Source of the DNA: Candidatus Scatovivens sp.
Lineage (GTDB): Bacteria; Bacillota; Clostridia; TANB77; CAG-508
DNA length: 64,000 bases
Assembly: GCA_045646345.1 (NCBI GenBank)
Contig: JAZRKN010000007.1
Coordinates: 1-64,000 of the forward strand
Direction of reading: 5' to 3'
Numbering within the stretch: the stretch's first letter is position 1; each line of letters opens with the position of its first letter. The position numbers and the translations under genes were made by a program. A model generated the notes under the pieces. That model saw nothing but the letters and a program-made list of their open reading frames with translations. It searched no databases and had not been told where the DNA came from. This document shows, piece by piece, positions 51,843 to 62,668 of the stretch.

Positions 51843-52040
51843 ATGGAAATAAGATTTAATGATAATGAAAAAGTAGTAAATGCAATAAGAGAGGGTTTAA
51901 AAAAGAAAGATGGTTATTGCCCTTGTAGATTAGAACAAACAGAAGATACAATGTGTATGTGCAAAGAATTTAGAGACCAAATTGCAGATCCAGATTTTGA
52001 AGGATATTGTCATTGTATGCTTTATTACAAATCAAAATAA
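51843..52040 (+). CDS. Ferredoxin-thioredoxin reductase catalytic subunit-like protein
   Basis: GYCPC, CMC, CHC.LY. Confidence 0.85.
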   Translation: MEIRFNDNEKVVNAIREGLKKKDGYCPCRLEQTEDTMCMCKEFRDQIADPDFEGYCHCMLYYKSK

Positions 52041-52074
52041 TTAAAATATAAAAACAAATTACGGAGGTGTTTTT

Positions 52075-52386
52075 ATGGAAGTGAGTTTAAATAAAGAAAA
52101 TTTTGAAAATGAAGTTTTAAAAGAGAAGAAAATAGTATTAGTAGATTTTTGGGCAACATGGTGTGGACCTTGCCAAATGATAGCTCCTGTAATTGAAAAA
52201 ATAGCGGAAGAAAATACAGATATAAAAGTAGGAAAAGTTAATGTAGATGATGAACAAGAACTTGCTATTAAATATGGAGTAATGAGCATTCCTACACTAA
52301 TATTTTTTAAAGATGGAAATCCAATAAAAGAAGTTGTTGGATTTCATTCAAAATCAGAATTAGAAGAAATTATACAAAGCTTATAG
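52075..52386 (+). CDS. trxA: Thioredoxin
   Basis: VDFWATWCGPC, SIPTL. Confidence 0.96.
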   Translation: MEVSLNKENFENEVLKEKKIVLVDFWATWCGPCQMIAPVIEKIAEENTDIKVGKVNVDDEQELAIKYGVMSIPTLIFFKDGNPIKEVVGFHSKSELEEIIQSL

Positions 52387-52399
52387 GAGATTAAATAAG

Positions 52400-53284
52400 A
52401 TGATTGATATGCATATTCATACAAAATATTCTGATGGAACATATACAGTGAAAGAAGTTCTAGAAAAGGCAGAAAATCTAGGTCTTGAATATATTTCAAT
52501 TACAGATCATGACAATTGTAGAGCGTATAATGAACTTGAAAATTTAAATGTTAAAGAGTACTTTTCTGGAAAATTGGTTCGAGGAATCGAATTAAAATGT
52601 TTGTATAACGCTAGATTAATAGAGATTCTTGGATATAATTATGATAAAGAAAAATTAGAAAGTTGGCTTAATGATTTTTATAAAAATAGACAAAGAAAAG
52701 ATACTCAGACTAGATATTTTAATATTTTATACGATGCCTGCATTGAAATTGGATTAAAAATGAGTCCAAAAGATTCTATTAAATGGAATCCTGAAAATGA
52801 TTGGGCAAGCGTTACTGTCTATTATGAATTAAAAAAACACGAAGAGAATAAAGAAAAACTTCCAGAAGATTTTTGGAATGATTTTACAACTTTTACAAAA
52901 AAATATTGTGCTGATTTAAATAGTCCATTTTATATAGATAAATCTGATGATTATCCTACACTTAGTGATGCAATAAAAGCTGTTAAAGATGCTGGTGGAA
53001 CTGTAATCGTAGCTCATGCTTTTATTTATAAATGGGCAAAAGATAAAGATGCTTTTATTAAAGATTTGCACGAAAATTATGATATAGATGGATTTGAATG
53101 TTATCATAGTAGCTTTTCTGAAGAACAAATTGAGTACATATTAAATTATTGCAAAGACAATAATTTGTTAATGAGTGGTGGAAGTGATTGCCATGGAGAT
53201 AATAAACCAGGAATTAATTTGGCAGTAGGAAAAGGTAATTTAAGAATTGATGAAGAAATAGTAAAACCTTGGATTAATAATTAA
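52400..53284 (+). CDS. PHP-domain phosphoesterase
   Basis: DMHIHT..SDG, ITDHD, GIE, AH, GGSDCHG. Confidence 0.9.
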   Translation: MIDMHIHTKYSDGTYTVKEVLEKAENLGLEYISITDHDNCRAYNELENLNVKEYFSGKLVRGIELKCLYNARLIEILGYNYDKEKLESWLNDFYKNRQRKDTQTRYFNILYDACIEIGLKMSPKDSIKWNPENDWASVTVYYELKKHEENKEKLPEDFWNDFTTFTKKYCADLNSPFYIDKSDDYPTLSDAIKAVKDAGGTVIVAHAFIYKWAKDKDAFIKDLHENYDIDGFECYHSSFSEEQIEYILNYCKDNNLLMSGGSDCHGDNKPGINLAVGKGNLRIDEEIVKPWINN

Positions 53285-53296
53285 ATAAATACAACA

Positions 53297-53332
53297 AAAA
53301 ATAACTTTGGAATATTCCAAAGTTATTTTTTT
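53297..53332 (+). terminator. Intrinsic terminator
   Basis: AAAAATAACTTTGGAA / TTCCAAAGTTATTTTT hairpin. Confidence 0.75.
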
Positions 53333-53494
53333 ATAATATTAAATAAGGTTATATAATTGTTAAAAAAACTTGAAAAAAAGGGGGTTTTGTGATATTTTTA
53401 AGTGGACTAGTTTGTGTTTTGACCAGTCAGTTTAATTTTAATTTTTTAAATTTGTGATATAAATAATATATAGCAATTTACAAAGGAGGTATTA

Positions 53495-55198
53495 ATGAGT
53501 AAAAAAGAAGAAGTTATAGAAATTCGTGATTTAAAAGATATGCTTAATAAAACAAAAGAAATTTTTAAAAATAAACCAGCATATAAAATAAAAGAAAAAA
53601 ATAAAAAATATAAAATAATAACTCATAAAGAAGTTAGAGAAATGATAGATGCTTTAGGAACTGCACTTACAACATTAGGACTTCAAGGTAAGAGAATAGG
53701 AGTCATAGGCGAAAATAGATATGAATGGGAAATCTCTTATTTAGCGGTAGTTTGTGGAGTAGGTACAATAGTTCCATTTGATAAATCATTACCAGAAAAT
53801 GAACTAAAAAGATTGATAGAAAGATCAGAAATTGAAGCAATCTTTTATTCAGAAAAATATGAACAAACATTAAAGAAATTAATGGTAGAAGATACAGGAA
53901 AGTTAAAACATTTAATTTCAATGGATTCTAAAACACATAGAAATGGAATTTATTCTTGGTCAGAATTAATTGAATTTGGAGAAGTTTTATTAAAAAACGG
54001 AAACAGAGCATTTTTGGATAATGAAATAGATCCTGAAGAAATGAGAATAATGTTATTCACTTCAGGAACAACTTCAGAATCAAAAGTTGTTGCATTATGC
54101 CATAGAAATTTGTGTTGTAATTTGATGGATATAGCTACAATGTTAGATGTTAATTCGGATGATAGATTTTTATCATTCTTACCAATACATCATGTTTTTG
54201 AATGTACAGTAGGATTTCTATTTGCATTATATAGAGGAGCGCAAACATCTTTCTGTGATGGAATAAAACATATGCAAGAAAATTACAAAGAATATAAAAT
54301 TACTTTCGCAGCTTGTGTTCCAGCTATTTTTGAAAGTATGTATAAAAATGTATGGAAAAAAATAGAAAAAGAAGGTAAAAAAGAAGATGTAGAAAAATTA
54401 CTTGAAAAACACAAAGATGCTACAATGGAAAAAAGAAGAAAAGTTTTTAAAGACATTCATGAAATGTTTGGGGGACATATAAAAACCTTTATTAGTGGCG
54501 CTGCTCCACTTGATAAAACTGTAGCTAAAGGATATAGAGATTTTGGTATAAATTTATTACAAGGATATGGATTAACAGAAACTTCACCAGTTGTTGCAAC
54601 AGAATCTGAAGAATTTAATAGAGTTGGTTCAATAGGGAAATGTTACCCAAGTATAGAAGCAAAAATATTTGAGCCAAACGAAGAAGGAATAGGTGAGCTT
54701 TTAGTTAAAGGTCCAACAGTAATGCTTGGATATTATAATAATGATGAAGCAACTAATGAAGCAATTGTTGATGGTTGGTTTCATACAGGCGATTTAGCAA
54801 GAATTGACGAAGATGGATATATCTTTATAATGGGAAGAAAGAAAAGTGTTATAGTACTAAAAAACGGTAAAAATATTTTCCCAGAAGAAATGGAAAGTTT
54901 AGTAAATAGAGTAGAAGGTGTAAAAGAATCTTTTATATTTGGAAAATCAAATTCAAAAGACAAAGATGATATTAAAATTTATGTAAAGATTGTTTACGAT
55001 AAAGATATAATGAAGATGGCATATAAAGCAGAAACAGAGGAAGAAATTCATAAAGCTTTTTCAGAAAGAATAAAAAATATTAATGAAAGAATGCCTGCTT
55101 ATAAAGGTATAAAAGGAATAGTGCTATCTGAAAAACCACTTATAAAAACAACAACAAATAAAATAAAAAGACAAGAGGAGATAAAAACAGTTGAATAA
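53495..55198 (+). CDS. AMP-binding long-chain fatty acyl-CoA/ACP synthetase
   Basis: FTSGTT...K, GYGLTETSP, WFHTGD, GRKK.VIVL.NGKN..PEE, KIKR. Confidence 0.9.
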   Translation: MSKKEEVIEIRDLKDMLNKTKEIFKNKPAYKIKEKNKKYKIITHKEVREMIDALGTALTTLGLQGKRIGVIGENRYEWEISYLAVVCGVGTIVPFDKSLPENELKRLIERSEIEAIFYSEKYEQTLKKLMVEDTGKLKHLISMDSKTHRNGIYSWSELIEFGEVLLKNGNRAFLDNEIDPEEMRIMLFTSGTTSESKVVALCHRNLCCNLMDIATMLDVNSDDRFLSFLPIHHVFECTVGFLFALYRGAQTSFCDGIKHMQENYKEYKITFAACVPAIFESMYKNVWKKIEKEGKKEDVEKLLEKHKDATMEKRRKVFKDIHEMFGGHIKTFISGAAPLDKTVAKGYRDFGINLLQGYGLTETSPVVATESEEFNRVGSIGKCYPSIEAKIFEPNEEGIGELLVKGPTVMLGYYNNDEATNEAIVDGWFHTGDLARIDEDGYIFIMGRKKSVIVLKNGKNIFPEEMESLVNRVEGVKESFIFGKSNSKDKDDIKIYVKIVYDKDIMKMAYKAETEEEIHKAFSERIKNINERMPAYKGIKGIVLSEKPLIKTTTNKIKRQEEIKTVE

Positions 55199-55835
55199 TT
55201 ATTTAAAAACAAAATATCTTGGTAAAGAAATTTTTGAATTTAAAGAAATTGACTCAACTCAAAAAGAAATATGGAGAAAAATTGAAAATGGAAGTGCAAG
55301 TAATGGATGCTTAGTTATTGCAGAAAAACAAACATCTGGAATTGGAACCCATGGAAGAAAATGGTATACAGATTCTAAAAATATAACATTTTCATTTTCA
55401 ATATTTCCAAATTGTAATATAAGTAAATTAGAAAAATTAACTTATAGGATTGCAGAAATTTTAAAGGAAGTTTTTAAAGACTTATATAATATATGCCTAG
55501 ACATAAAATTACCAAATGATCTTATGATAAATGGTAAAAAAGTAGGCGGAATTTTAACTGAAACAAAACTTCAAGGTGAAATTGTGAAAGTTTTAGTTAT
55601 TGGAATCGGTATAAATACTGAAATAACAGACTTTCCAGAGGAACTTGAGGATAAAGCAACTTCAATTAAGAAAGAGTTTAATATTGAAGTTGCTAATTTT
55701 TGGCTCATTTTCAGGTTTTTAGAACAATTTGAGTCGAATTTCCGGTCAGTTTTTTTAGGAGGAAGATATGAAAATAGGATTTTTATTTCCAGGACAAGGA
55801 GCTCAAAACCTTGGAATGGGAAAAGATTTATATGA
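55191..55835 (+). CDS. birA: Biotin--protein ligase, catalytic domain only
   Basis: IDSTQ, QTSG.G..GRKW, IK.PNDL..NGKKVGGIL.E, IGIGIN; no N-terminal HTH. Confidence 0.88.
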   Translation: MNNYLKTKYLGKEIFEFKEIDSTQKEIWRKIENGSASNGCLVIAEKQTSGIGTHGRKWYTDSKNITFSFSIFPNCNISKLEKLTYRIAEILKEVFKDLYNICLDIKLPNDLMINGKKVGGILTETKLQGEIVKVLVIGIGINTEITDFPEELEDKATSIKKEFNIEVANFWLIFRFLEQFESNFRSVFLGGRYENRIFISRTRSSKPWNGKRFI

Positions 55836-56691
55836 GAAATACGAAGAGTATAAAAAAGTTTATGATGAAGCTGAAGAGTTAACTGGAATTAAAATAGCGA
55901 ATATAACCTTTAATTCTACAGAGGAAGAATTGAACCAAACAAACAATACACAAATTTGTATATTAACAATGAGTTTGGCAATTTTAAAAATATTAGAAAA
56001 ACGAGGAATAAAAGCAGATGCTTCAATTGGATTAAGCTTAGGAGAATATTCTGCTCTAATTGCAAGTAAAGCGCTTTCTTTTGAAGATGGAGTTAAAACG
56101 GTAAAATCAAGAGGAAATCTAATGCAAAATCTTTGTCCTAAAGGAGAATGGAGTATGGCAGCCGTATTAGGATTAGATGAAGAAACTGTTGTAAAAGTAT
56201 GTGAAAATACTGAAGGGTTTGTAGTTCCTGCAAATTTTAATTGTCCAGGACAAATTGTTATATCAGGTGAGAAAAATGCAGTTAATAATGCAATAGAAAA
56301 TTTGAAATTAGCAGGAGCAAAAAGAGTCTTAGAATTAAATACTTCTGGACCATTTCACACAGAAAAACTAGAGGATGCTTCGATTGGGCTAAAAAAAGAA
56401 TTAGAAAAAATTACAATTAATAATTTTGAACATAAAGTAATAAAAAATTTAGATGGAAAAGAATATACAAATAAAGATGATGTTAAGGAAATTTTAGCTA
56501 ATCATATTACAATGCCAGTAAGATTTGAACAGGGAATTCAAGAGATGTTAAATATGGGAATTGATACATTTATCGAAATTGGTCCTGGCAAAACTTTAAC
56601 AGGATTTGTGAGAAAAGCCAACAAAGAAGTAAAAACGTATAATATTAATTCAGTTGAAAGTTTAGAAATGTTGTTATCTGAAATAAAATAA
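55768..56691 (+). CDS. fabD: Malonyl-CoA:ACP transacylase
   Basis: FPGQGAQ, GLSLGEY, ANFNCPGQ, SGPFH, EIGPG. Confidence 0.95.
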   Translation: MKIGFLFPGQGAQNLGMGKDLYEKYEEYKKVYDEAEELTGIKIANITFNSTEEELNQTNNTQICILTMSLAILKILEKRGIKADASIGLSLGEYSALIASKALSFEDGVKTVKSRGNLMQNLCPKGEWSMAAVLGLDEETVVKVCENTEGFVVPANFNCPGQIVISGEKNAVNNAIENLKLAGAKRVLELNTSGPFHTEKLEDASIGLKKELEKITINNFEHKVIKNLDGKEYTNKDDVKEILANHITMPVRFEQGIQEMLNMGIDTFIEIGPGKTLTGFVRKANKEVKTYNINSVESLEMLLSEIK

Positions 56692-56711
56692 TTATAAAAG
56701 GAGAAATAAAA

Positions 56712-57446
56712 ATGAATAAAGTAGCATTAATTACTGGTGGTGCCAGAGGAATAGGAAAACAAATTGCAATTACTTTAGCCAAAGAAGGATATGATATAGC
56801 GTTAAATTATAGATCTAATACTGATGAATTAGCAATGCTTAAAGAAGAATTAGAAAGTTATAAAGTTAAATGTTTATTAGTTCAAGGAGATGTTTCAAAT
56901 TTTGAAGATACAGAAAGAATAACCAAAGAAACCATGGATGAATTTGGAAAAATAGATGTACTTATAAATAATGCAGGAATAACTAAAGATATGTTATTCA
57001 TTAGAATGAAACAAGATGATTTTGAAAGTGTTTTAGATGTTAATTTGGTTGGCACTTTTAATATGACAAAAAATGTTGTAAATCATATGATGAAAGCAAG
57101 ACAAGGAAGAATAATAAATGTTTCTTCTGTAGTAGGAGTTTCAGGAAATGCAGGTCAAGCAAATTATTCGGCATCAAAAGCCGGAATAATAGGTTTTACA
57201 AAAAGTTTAGCAAAAGAACTAGCAAGTAGAAATATTCTAGTAAATGCTATTGCACCGGGTTTTATTGGAACAGATATGACAAATATTTTAAAAGAAGAAG
57301 TAAAAGAAAATATATTGAATCAGATTCCATTAAAAAGAATTGGAGAAGCACAAGAAGTTGCAAATGTTGTTAAATTTTTAGCATCAAGTGATAGCAGTTA
57401 TATTACAGGACAAGTAATAAATATAGATGGTGGAATGCTAATGTAA
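56712..57446 (+). CDS. fabG: 3-oxoacyl-ACP reductase
   Basis: TGGARGIG, NNAGITKD, GQANYSASK. Confidence 0.95.
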   Translation: MNKVALITGGARGIGKQIAITLAKEGYDIALNYRSNTDELAMLKEELESYKVKCLLVQGDVSNFEDTERITKETMDEFGKIDVLINNAGITKDMLFIRMKQDDFESVLDVNLVGTFNMTKNVVNHMMKARQGRIINVSSVVGVSGNAGQANYSASKAGIIGFTKSLAKELASRNILVNAIAPGFIGTDMTNILKEEVKENILNQIPLKRIGEAQEVANVVKFLASSDSSYITGQVINIDGGMLM

Positions 57447-57458
57447 AGGAGAATGAAA

Positions 57459-58697
57459 ATGGAAAGAAGAGTTGTTATAACAGGATTAGGTGCAATAACT
57501 CCATTAGGAGAATCTGCAGTCGAATTGTGGGATGGAATAAAAAGCAAGAAATGTGGGATAGATGAAATAACTTTAATAGATACTTCAAATTTTAAGACTA
57601 AACTTGCTGGAGAAGTTAAAAATTATGATTCTTTAAAATATTTTGATGTAAAACAAGGAAGAAGATTAGATAGAGTATCTCAATTTGCTTTAATAGCAGG
57701 AAGAGAAGCTTTTAAGACAAGTGGAATAACAAATGAAAATACAAATTTTGAAAATGTAGGAATTTATATCAGTTCAGGTATTGGTGGTTTTAATACTATT
57801 GAAAATCAATGTGTTGCTTGTAATACTAAAGGTAATGGCAAAGTGTCACCAATGTTTATTCCGATGGGAATTGCCAATATGCCAGCAGGAAATGTTGCAA
57901 TTGATTTAGGATTAAAAGGAGAATCAATTTCTTTGGTAACAGCTTGCGCATCGTCTACCCATTCAATAGGAGAAGCATATAGAGCAATCAAACATGGATA
58001 TGAAGATGTGATTTTTGCTGGAGGAGCAGAAGCTGCAATTTGTAATACTGGAATTGCAGGTTTTGAAAATATGAAGGCTCTTTCATCATCAATTGATAAA
58101 AATAGAGCAAGCATACCTTTTGACAAAGAAAGAACAGGATTTGTAATGGGAGAAGGTGCTGGAGTTGTCGTTTTAGAAGAATTGGAACATGCTCTTTTAA
58201 GAGGTGCTAAAATATATGCAGAAATTATTGGATATGGTGCTACATCAGATAGCTATCATATAACATCACCACATCCAGATGGAGAAGGTGCTGCAAGAGC
58301 AATGATAAGAGCAATAAAAGATGCGAAATTGAATCCAGAAAATGTGGATTATATAAATGCTCATGGAACATCAACACATTTAAATGATTCAATCGAAACT
58401 AAAGCTATTAAAAAAACATTTGGAGAATATTGTACAAAGTTGAAAGTAAGTTCAACAAAAGGTAATACGGGTCATTTGCTTGGTGCTGCAGGAGCTGTTG
58501 AGTCAATAATTTGCATAAAAGCTATTGAAGAGGGATTAGTTCCACCAACAATTAATTATAAAGAAAAAGATGAAGAATGTGATTTGAATATAGTTCCAAA
58601 TGAACCGATAAAACAAGATTTAAATATTGTAATGTCAAATTCACTTGGATTTGGTGGACACAATGCAAGTGTTATTTTTAAAAAATTTGAAAAATAG
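57459..58697 (+). CDS. fabF: Beta-ketoacyl-ACP synthase II
   Basis: RVVITGLG, TACASS, NAHGTST, GHLLGAAG, SNSLGFGGHN. Confidence 0.96.
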   Translation: MERRVVITGLGAITPLGESAVELWDGIKSKKCGIDEITLIDTSNFKTKLAGEVKNYDSLKYFDVKQGRRLDRVSQFALIAGREAFKTSGITNENTNFENVGIYISSGIGGFNTIENQCVACNTKGNGKVSPMFIPMGIANMPAGNVAIDLGLKGESISLVTACASSTHSIGEAYRAIKHGYEDVIFAGGAEAAICNTGIAGFENMKALSSSIDKNRASIPFDKERTGFVMGEGAGVVVLEELEHALLRGAKIYAEIIGYGATSDSYHITSPHPDGEGAARAMIRAIKDAKLNPENVDYINAHGTSTHLNDSIETKAIKKTFGEYCTKLKVSSTKGNTGHLLGAAGAVESIICIKAIEEGLVPPTINYKEKDEECDLNIVPNEPIKQDLNIVMSNSLGFGGHNASVIFKKFEK

Positions 58698-58709
58698 GAG
58701 GATGTAATA

Positions 58710-59171
58710 ATGGAATACGAAAAAATAAAACAGTTAATGGATGACATGGGAAATTCGAAGTTAACATCAGTTGATATAGAATTTCCAGATGGAATTAAAA
58801 TTAAAATGGAAAAGAAAAATGAAGTTCAAGTAATTACTTCACAAGAAATTGTTCCAGAAAATCAAACGATTACTAATACACAAGTAATTCCAACAACAAG
58901 CACAACAATAACTTCTAATACAGAAAACGAAATATTAGGAGAAATTGTAAAATCTCCAATGATTGGAACATTTTATTCAAAACCATCGCCAACAAGTAAT
59001 CCTTATGTTGAAATTGGAACTGAAGTAAAAAAAGGTGATGTCCTTTGTATAATCGAAGCAATGAAATTGATGAATGAAATTGAAGCTGAAGTAAGTGGTA
59101 AAATAGCAGAAATTCTTGTAAAAGATGGGGAAACAGTAGATTATGGAAAACCATTATTTAAAATAATTTAA
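58710..59171 (+). CDS. accB: Acetyl-CoA carboxylase biotin carboxyl carrier protein
   Basis: [18 protein letters not shown]. Confidence 0.96.
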   Translation: MEYEKIKQLMDDMGNSKLTSVDIEFPDGIKIKMEKKNEVQVITSQEIVPENQTITNTQVIPTTSTTITSNTENEILGEIVKSPMIGTFYSKPSPTSNPYVEIGTEVKKGDVLCIIEAMKLMNEIEAEVSGKIAEILVKDGETVDYGKPLFKII

Positions 59172-59185
59172 AAAGGAGTTTTGAT

Positions 59186-59608
59186 ATGTTAGATAAGAAT
59201 GAAATAGAAAAAATTATTCCTCAAAGAGATCCATTTTTAATGATTGATGAGGTTGAAGTTTTTATTCCTGGGGAATGTTGCATTGCTTATAAAAATGTAA
59301 GTGTCGATGAATGGTATTTTAAAGGACACTTTCCTGGAAATCCAATAATGCCAGGTGTTTTAATTGTTGAAAGTTTAGCACAAGCAGGGGCTGTTGCAAT
59401 TTTATCTATGGAAGAAAATAAAGGAAAAAATGCTTTATTTGGTGGAATAAATAATATGAAATTTAAAAAAATGGTAGTTCCAGGGGATAGATTAAAATTA
59501 GAAGTTAAAATTATTAAAAGAAAAGGTCCTATTGGAGTAGGAGAAGCGTTAGCAACAGTTGATGGTGTTGTTGCAGCTAAAGGAGAACTTACTTTTGCTG
59601 TTGTTTAG
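59186..59608 (+). CDS. fabZ: 3-hydroxyacyl-ACP dehydratase
   Basis: FKGHFPGNPIMPGVLIVESLAQ. Confidence 0.96.
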   Translation: MLDKNEIEKIIPQRDPFLMIDEVEVFIPGECCIAYKNVSVDEWYFKGHFPGNPIMPGVLIVESLAQAGAVAILSMEENKGKNALFGGINNMKFKKMVVPGDRLKLEVKIIKRKGPIGVGEALATVDGVVAAKGELTFAVV

Positions 59609-59620
59609 AAAGGAAAAGAT

Positions 59621-60958
59621 ATGAATAAAATTTTAATAGCAAATAGAGGAGAAATTGCTGTTCGCATAATTAGAGCGTGTAAAGAAATGAATATAAAGAC
59701 GGTTGCAGTTTATTCAGAGGCAGATAAAGATTCTTTACATACAAAACTTGCTGATGAAGCAGTTTGTATAGGACCAGCAAATTCAGGAAAAAGTTATCTA
59801 AATATCAGAAATATAATTGAAGCAGCTAGAATAACTAATTCAGACAGTATTCATCCAGGATTTGGATTCTTGTCTGAAAATTCACAATTTGCAAATATTT
59901 GTAAAGAATCAAATATTAAATTTATAGGACCAGAACCTGAGATTATAGATTTGCTAGGAAATAAATCCAACGCAAAAGAAATGATGAAAAAAGCAGGAGT
60001 TCCAGTAATACCTGGTTCAGATGGCAGTATTAAAGGTTTAAAAGATGCTCTTTGTATTGCGGAAAAAATTGGTTATCCAGTTATTTTAAAAGCTGCTGCT
60101 GGTGGTGGAGGAAAAGGAATTAGAATTGCCAATAATCCAGAAGAACTTGAAAACGGATATAATATAGTAAAACAGGAGGCAAAAATTTCTTTTAATGACG
60201 ATGAGATTTATATTGAAAAATTTATAGTGAACCCAAGACATGTTGAAATTCAAATTTTAGCAGATGAATATGGAAATATAATACATTTGGGTGAAAGAGA
60301 TTGTTCAATACAAAGAAAACATCAAAAAATGATTGAAGAAACTCCTTCAACAACTATTGATGATAAGTTAAGAAATAAAATGGGAGATGCGGCTGTAAAA
60401 GCTGCAAAGATCGCAAATTATACAAATTGTGGAACGGTTGAATTTTTGGTAGATAAAGATAAAAATTTTTATTTCATGGAAATGAATACAAGAATTCAAG
60501 TTGAACATCCAATAACAGAAATGAGAACTGGTATTGATATTGTTAAAGAGCAAATAAAGATTGCAGGAGGAGAACGCTTAAAAATAAAACAAAAAGAAAT
60601 AGAATTTAAAGGCCATTCAATAGAATGTAGAATAAATGCAGAAATGCCTTCAAAAAATTTTATGCCGTGCCCAGGAAGAATAACAGGATTAAATTTGCCA
60701 GGAGGAAATGGAATAAGAATAGATACAGCAATTTATGAAGGGTATACAATACCGCCGTATTATGATTCGATGATTGCTAAAATTATTGCTTATGGAACAA
60801 CAAGAAATGAAGCGATTGCTAAAATGAAAAGAGCGTTAGAAGAGTTAGTTATCGAGGGAATCGAAACAAATAGAGATTTTTTATTTGAGATTATAAGAAA
60901 TCCGGATTTTATTAGAGGAAATTTTGACACAAGTTTTATTGAAAAAATGATATTTTAG
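59621..60958 (+). CDS. accC: Biotin carboxylase
   Basis: [34 protein letters not shown]. Confidence 0.97.
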   Translation: MNKILIANRGEIAVRIIRACKEMNIKTVAVYSEADKDSLHTKLADEAVCIGPANSGKSYLNIRNIIEAARITNSDSIHPGFGFLSENSQFANICKESNIKFIGPEPEIIDLLGNKSNAKEMMKKAGVPVIPGSDGSIKGLKDALCIAEKIGYPVILKAAAGGGGKGIRIANNPEELENGYNIVKQEAKISFNDDEIYIEKFIVNPRHVEIQILADEYGNIIHLGERDCSIQRKHQKMIEETPSTTIDDKLRNKMGDAAVKAAKIANYTNCGTVEFLVDKDKNFYFMEMNTRIQVEHPITEMRTGIDIVKEQIKIAGGERLKIKQKEIEFKGHSIECRINAEMPSKNFMPCPGRITGLNLPGGNGIRIDTAIYEGYTIPPYYDSMIAKIIAYGTTRNEAIAKMKRALEELVIEGIETNRDFLFEIIRNPDFIRGNFDTSFIEKMIF

Positions 60959-60970
60959 AAAGGATAAAAT

Positions 60971-61807
60971 ATGATTGTTGATAAAATAAAAAAGAGAGAA
61001 CCATCGAGAAAAAAGAAAACGAATATTGTAGATGTACCAATTGGGAAATGGGTTAAATGTGAAGAATGTAAAGAAATTATTTACAAAGAAACTTTACAAA
61101 ACAATTTAAATATTTGTCCTTATTGCGGTCATTATTTTAGAGTTCATATCAATAGAAGATTAGAACAAATAATTGATGCTGGGACATATGAAGAATTTGA
61201 TTTAAAGATTGATACAAGTAATCCTTTAGAAATGGAGGAATACGAAAAAAAATTAAAAACATTAAGAGAAAAAACAGGATTGGACGAAGCTGTAAGTTGT
61301 GGAATTGGAAAGATTAATGGAGAAGCAACTGTTATTTGTATTATGGACAGCGGATTCTTAATGGGAAGTATGGGAGTTGTAGTTGGTGAAAAAATTACAT
61401 ATTCAATTGAGAAAGCTATTGAAAAAAGGCTACCAATAATTATTTTTTCAGTATCTGGTGGAGCAAGAATGCAAGAGGGAATTATGTCTTTGATGCAAAT
61501 GGCAAAAACAACAGCAGCTCTTTCCAAGCTTGATGAAGCGGGCCTTTTGTATATATCAGTTTTGACAGATCCAACTTATGGTGGAGTTACAGCTTCTTTT
61601 GCAAGTTTGGGGGATATTGTTTTAGCAGAACCTAAAGCTATGATTGGATTCGCTGGTCCGAGAGTTATACAACAAACTATTGGCGAAGAGTTACCAGATG
61701 GATTTCAAACTGCAGAATTTTTATTAGAACATGGTTTTATAGATAAAATTGTAGAAAGAAAAGATTTAAAAAATACACTTTCAAAATTAATAAAATTTAA
61801 TAAATAA
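60971..61807 (+). CDS. accD: Acetyl-CoA carboxylase carboxyltransferase beta subunit
   Basis: W.KC..C...CPYC zinc finger, [17 protein letters not shown]. Confidence 0.97.
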   Translation: MIVDKIKKREPSRKKKTNIVDVPIGKWVKCEECKEIIYKETLQNNLNICPYCGHYFRVHINRRLEQIIDAGTYEEFDLKIDTSNPLEMEEYEKKLKTLREKTGLDEAVSCGIGKINGEATVICIMDSGFLMGSMGVVVGEKITYSIEKAIEKRLPIIIFSVSGGARMQEGIMSLMQMAKTTAALSKLDEAGLLYISVLTDPTYGGVTASFASLGDIVLAEPKAMIGFAGPRVIQQTIGEELPDGFQTAEFLLEHGFIDKIVERKDLKNTLSKLIKFNK

Positions 61808-61819
61808 GGAAGGAAATTT

Positions 61820-62632
61820 ATGGGTAAAAAAATCACCGCTTGGGAAAGAGTTGAAATTGCTCGAAATCCAAAAAGAAAAACTGCAATTGAATATGTTGAA
61901 AATATTTTTGACGAATTTATAGAACTTCATGGAGACAGAAGTTTTAAAGATGATAAAGCGATTGTTTGTGGATTAGCAAGAATTGGAGAACAAAATTTTA
62001 CTATAATTGCTGAACAAAAAGGTAGAAATACTAAAGAAAATATTGAAAGAAATTTCGGTATGCCAAATCCTGAAAGTTATAGAAAAGCTATTAGATTTAT
62101 GAAACAAGCAGAAAAATTTAATAGACCGATTATTACTTTTGTTGATACAAAAGGAGCTTATCCAGGAATTGGTGCTGAAGAAAGAGGTCAAGGAGAAGCA
62201 ATTGCAAAATCGATGTTCGAAATGGCAAAACTTAAAATTCCAGTATTATGTTTTATAATAGGAGAAGGGTCTAGTGGCGGTGCTTTAGCGATTGCTGTTG
62301 GAAATAAGGTATATATGCTTGAAAATGCAGTATATTCAATATTATCTCCGGAAGGATATAGTAGTATTTTGTGGAAAGATTCTTCTAGAGCCAAAGAAGC
62401 AGCTGAAAAAATGAAATTGACAGCACAAGATTTATATGATTTAAATGTAATTGATAAAATTATAAAAGAACCAATTAAGGGAGATAATGAATCTTTTGAA
62501 AAAGTTTGTAAAGATATAAAGAAACAAATAATCTCAGAAATTACGAAAATGAAAAATAAGACAGAAAAAGAAATTGTAGAAGAAAGATATCAGAAATTTA
62601 GAAATATGGGCGAAATTATTGCTCTAACTTAA
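61820..62632 (+). CDS. accA: Acetyl-CoA carboxylase carboxyltransferase alpha subunit
   Basis: ELHGDR, RNFGMP, GAEERGQ, SPEG. Confidence 0.97.
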   Translation: MGKKITAWERVEIARNPKRKTAIEYVENIFDEFIELHGDRSFKDDKAIVCGLARIGEQNFTIIAEQKGRNTKENIERNFGMPNPESYRKAIRFMKQAEKFNRPIITFVDTKGAYPGIGAEERGQGEAIAKSMFEMAKLKIPVLCFIIGEGSSGGALAIAVGNKVYMLENAVYSILSPEGYSSILWKDSSRAKEAAEKMKLTAQDLYDLNVIDKIIKEPIKGDNESFEKVCKDIKKQIISEITKMKNKTEKEIVEERYQKFRNMGEIIALT

Positions 62633-62668
62633 AATAATAATAATTTATAAAATAAGGAGGAAAATCAG

